From positions 62,001 to 126,000 of the forward strand of contig MU626266.1 of assembly GCA_025603075.1 (NCBI GenBank): a DNA stretch of 64,000 nt, read 5' to 3'. Below are positions 62,211 through 64,000 of this stretch, piece after piece. The notes below the pieces were generated by a model. The model did not search any database and was not told where the DNA came from. It saw only the letters and a list, made by a program, of their open reading frames with translations. Position numbers and translations under genes: made by a program. The stretch comes from Neoconidiobolus thromboides FSU 785 (Eukaryota > Fungi > Entomophthoromycota). Position 1 is the first letter of the stretch. Each line of letters opens with the position of its first letter.

Positions 62211-64000
62211 TTCCATTGGTAAATTCCATTGTAATTTAAATGGATCATAAATTGGGCTAGATTGAAATAATTGAAACCAAGTAAACAATTGTTCACTTAA
62301 TAAATTAACTTTAAATTCATTGATATTTCTATTTTCTAGTATAAAAGGAACTAAAGAACCTAACATTTGAAATAAGAAAGCTTCTCTATGTAAATTAAAT
62401 AATAAAACAATTCCATATTCAATACCAAGTTTACTTTGATTACATTTTAATTGATAATAAACTTCAAATAAAGTATTAATAAATAATGAATATCCTGTTT
62501 TTATAGAAAATAATCGTTTAAACTGAATAGCTATTTTAATATATAATCTCATACATCTTGATAATATATTAAAATTAGTATAATGACTTAATACAATTCG
62601 ATTAATTCCTTCTAATATATTATGTAATCCATCTAATTCTTGATAACTCCAATCTAAATAGAATAAAATTGTTTCTATTAAATTTAACCAAGAATGAGAA
62701 TGTAAATAAGATATTGATAAAAATCGTATATCTTTTAATAATTGAGAAGATAAATTTAAAGGTGATATTATTGAATTATTATTATTATTTGAATCTTCTT
62801 TATTTTGTTGAAACAACCAATTAACTGGTTCGAATTTCTTAATTAATTTAATAACGTTAATAGCATCATGATTGGAGTTAATAATTAATTTGGTCATATA
62901 ATTAGCTTGTGAAATTCTTAATATAATTAAATCAAATAAAGGCTTTGGTATTAAATTCAATATTTTTATATTATTATTATCAACTATATTATTTATAAAT
63001 TGAGTAATTGGATATCTAAAAAAATTATTAGGTTCTTGTAATATTAATTGTCCATCATAAAATAAAGCAAAATCTAATTTAGCTTTTTTTAATTCTCTAA
63101 ATGTAACTTCATAACATGAACTTAAAACTCGACTTAATATAGCTAATAATTTACTAATCAATTCTAAATCTTGACTTAATTTTTCTCGATAATTATATCT
63201 TAAGAATCCTAATAAATAATTATGATATTGAAATGAAAATTGAATTGGTAATTTAGATTTCATTAATATAACATTCGATAAATCAAATAAACAATTATTC
63301 ATTGCTGTTATATTACTATTATTGTTATTGTTATTATTAATTTCTAATTGATTTAAATAATATCTTAATAACCAAAGTGATTGATTACGCATTAAATTAA
63401 TAATTAATTCTGATTCCATTGATGATTGTAAATGAGTATGATTGGTTACTTCATTAACTAAATAATTTACGATTTCTTTATTTAACATAGTAAATAAAGG
63501 TTTTGATACTAAATGATTAGATGAATTCAATTCATTGATATTGTTATTTGAATTATTTAAATATTTATCAAAATGACAAATATCATCTAAAGTTTGAGAA
63601 TACAATGTAACTGGGTAAACACCTGATTTAAATTCCATTATTAAATCATCATCTGAATCATCTTCATCCCAACCTAATTGTCTTATTGTTTTTAATTCTT
63701 CATTATTAGTATTTGGTAATTTAAATTTAGTTAATAATATTGATTCTTCTAGTATTGGTTCTGAAGTCCCTATTATTGTTGATACATATTTCAAATTAGC
63801 TCCTAATCTTCTAAAGGGTCGATCTGGGAATTTTATAAATGAATAATTTTTTATTATATTCCTTTTTAAGTCCATTAATCGAAACAAAAAGGATATTGTA
63901 TATTTATTACTATTATTATTATTATCACTATTGCTATTATTCATAGCTAATATGTTTAATTTAACTTTAATAAATTCCAATGCATTTGATTCATCTTTTT
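60252..64000 (-). CDS. UNC80: Large helical-repeat protein, probable UNC80 homolog (NALCN complex subunit), C-terminal ~1250 aa; runs off the right edge
   Basis: The frame is open to base 64000. FKRLFSIKTGYSLFINTLFEVY, IEYGIVLLFNLHREAFLFQMLGSLVPFI and LFITIIAYDPGSLRSEQFVSILSYLLP resemble UNC80 C-terminal motifs as recalled; not searched. Confidence 0.6.
62151..62210. repeat. (ATT)20 coding microsatellite (poly-Asn)
   Basis: Uninterrupted trinucleotide run inside the UNC80-like ORF. Confidence 0.95.

Noticed and set aside
1-64000. Prokaryotic origin or alternative genetic code suggested by TTG/GTG starts in the ORF track
   Set aside because: Canonical spliceosomal introns and eukaryote-specific genes are present, and ATG starts are recoverable by splicing under the standard code.

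Overview
This is very AT-rich eukaryotic (fungal) genomic DNA with short GT-AG introns (mostly about 45-55 nt, CTAAY branch points). The gene content and style suggest an early-diverging fungus, possibly Entomophthoromycotina such as Conidiobolus; that is inference, not a database match. Housekeeping blocks encode a P4-ATPase (partial), mL54, TAF13, a Kelch membrane protein, a myosin-motor chitin synthase, MRS2, a CENP-K-like protein, PCC1, bL35m, Ufe1/STX18, GRASP, a heme oxygenase, a DUF1365 protein, CDC1/MPPE1, RTF1, Gis2/CNBP, a DUF2306 protein, a WBP4-like protein and a partial UNC80-like protein. These alternate with gene-poor accessory zones (about 21.8-25.2, 36.1-38.7 and 40.9-59.1 kb). 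The accessory zones hold a tandem array of intronless F-box/LRR genes (3 intact, 2 pseudogenes, plus an orphan pseudogene at 23.6-25.0 kb), three fold-back elements and most of the 25 copies of a ~97-bp MITE with GGG(G)...(C)CCC ends and 4-bp A/T-rich target-site duplications. Main highlights: the MITE family (a nested insertion, an empty-site paralog, strong CpG decay and an internal intron-like cassette), the birth-and-death F-box array, a heme oxygenase with an N-terminal Cys-Pro repeat domain, and a probable UNC80 (NALCN complex) homolog in a fungus. No rRNA, tRNA or CRISPR array was seen. Exon models and alignments were made by eye.
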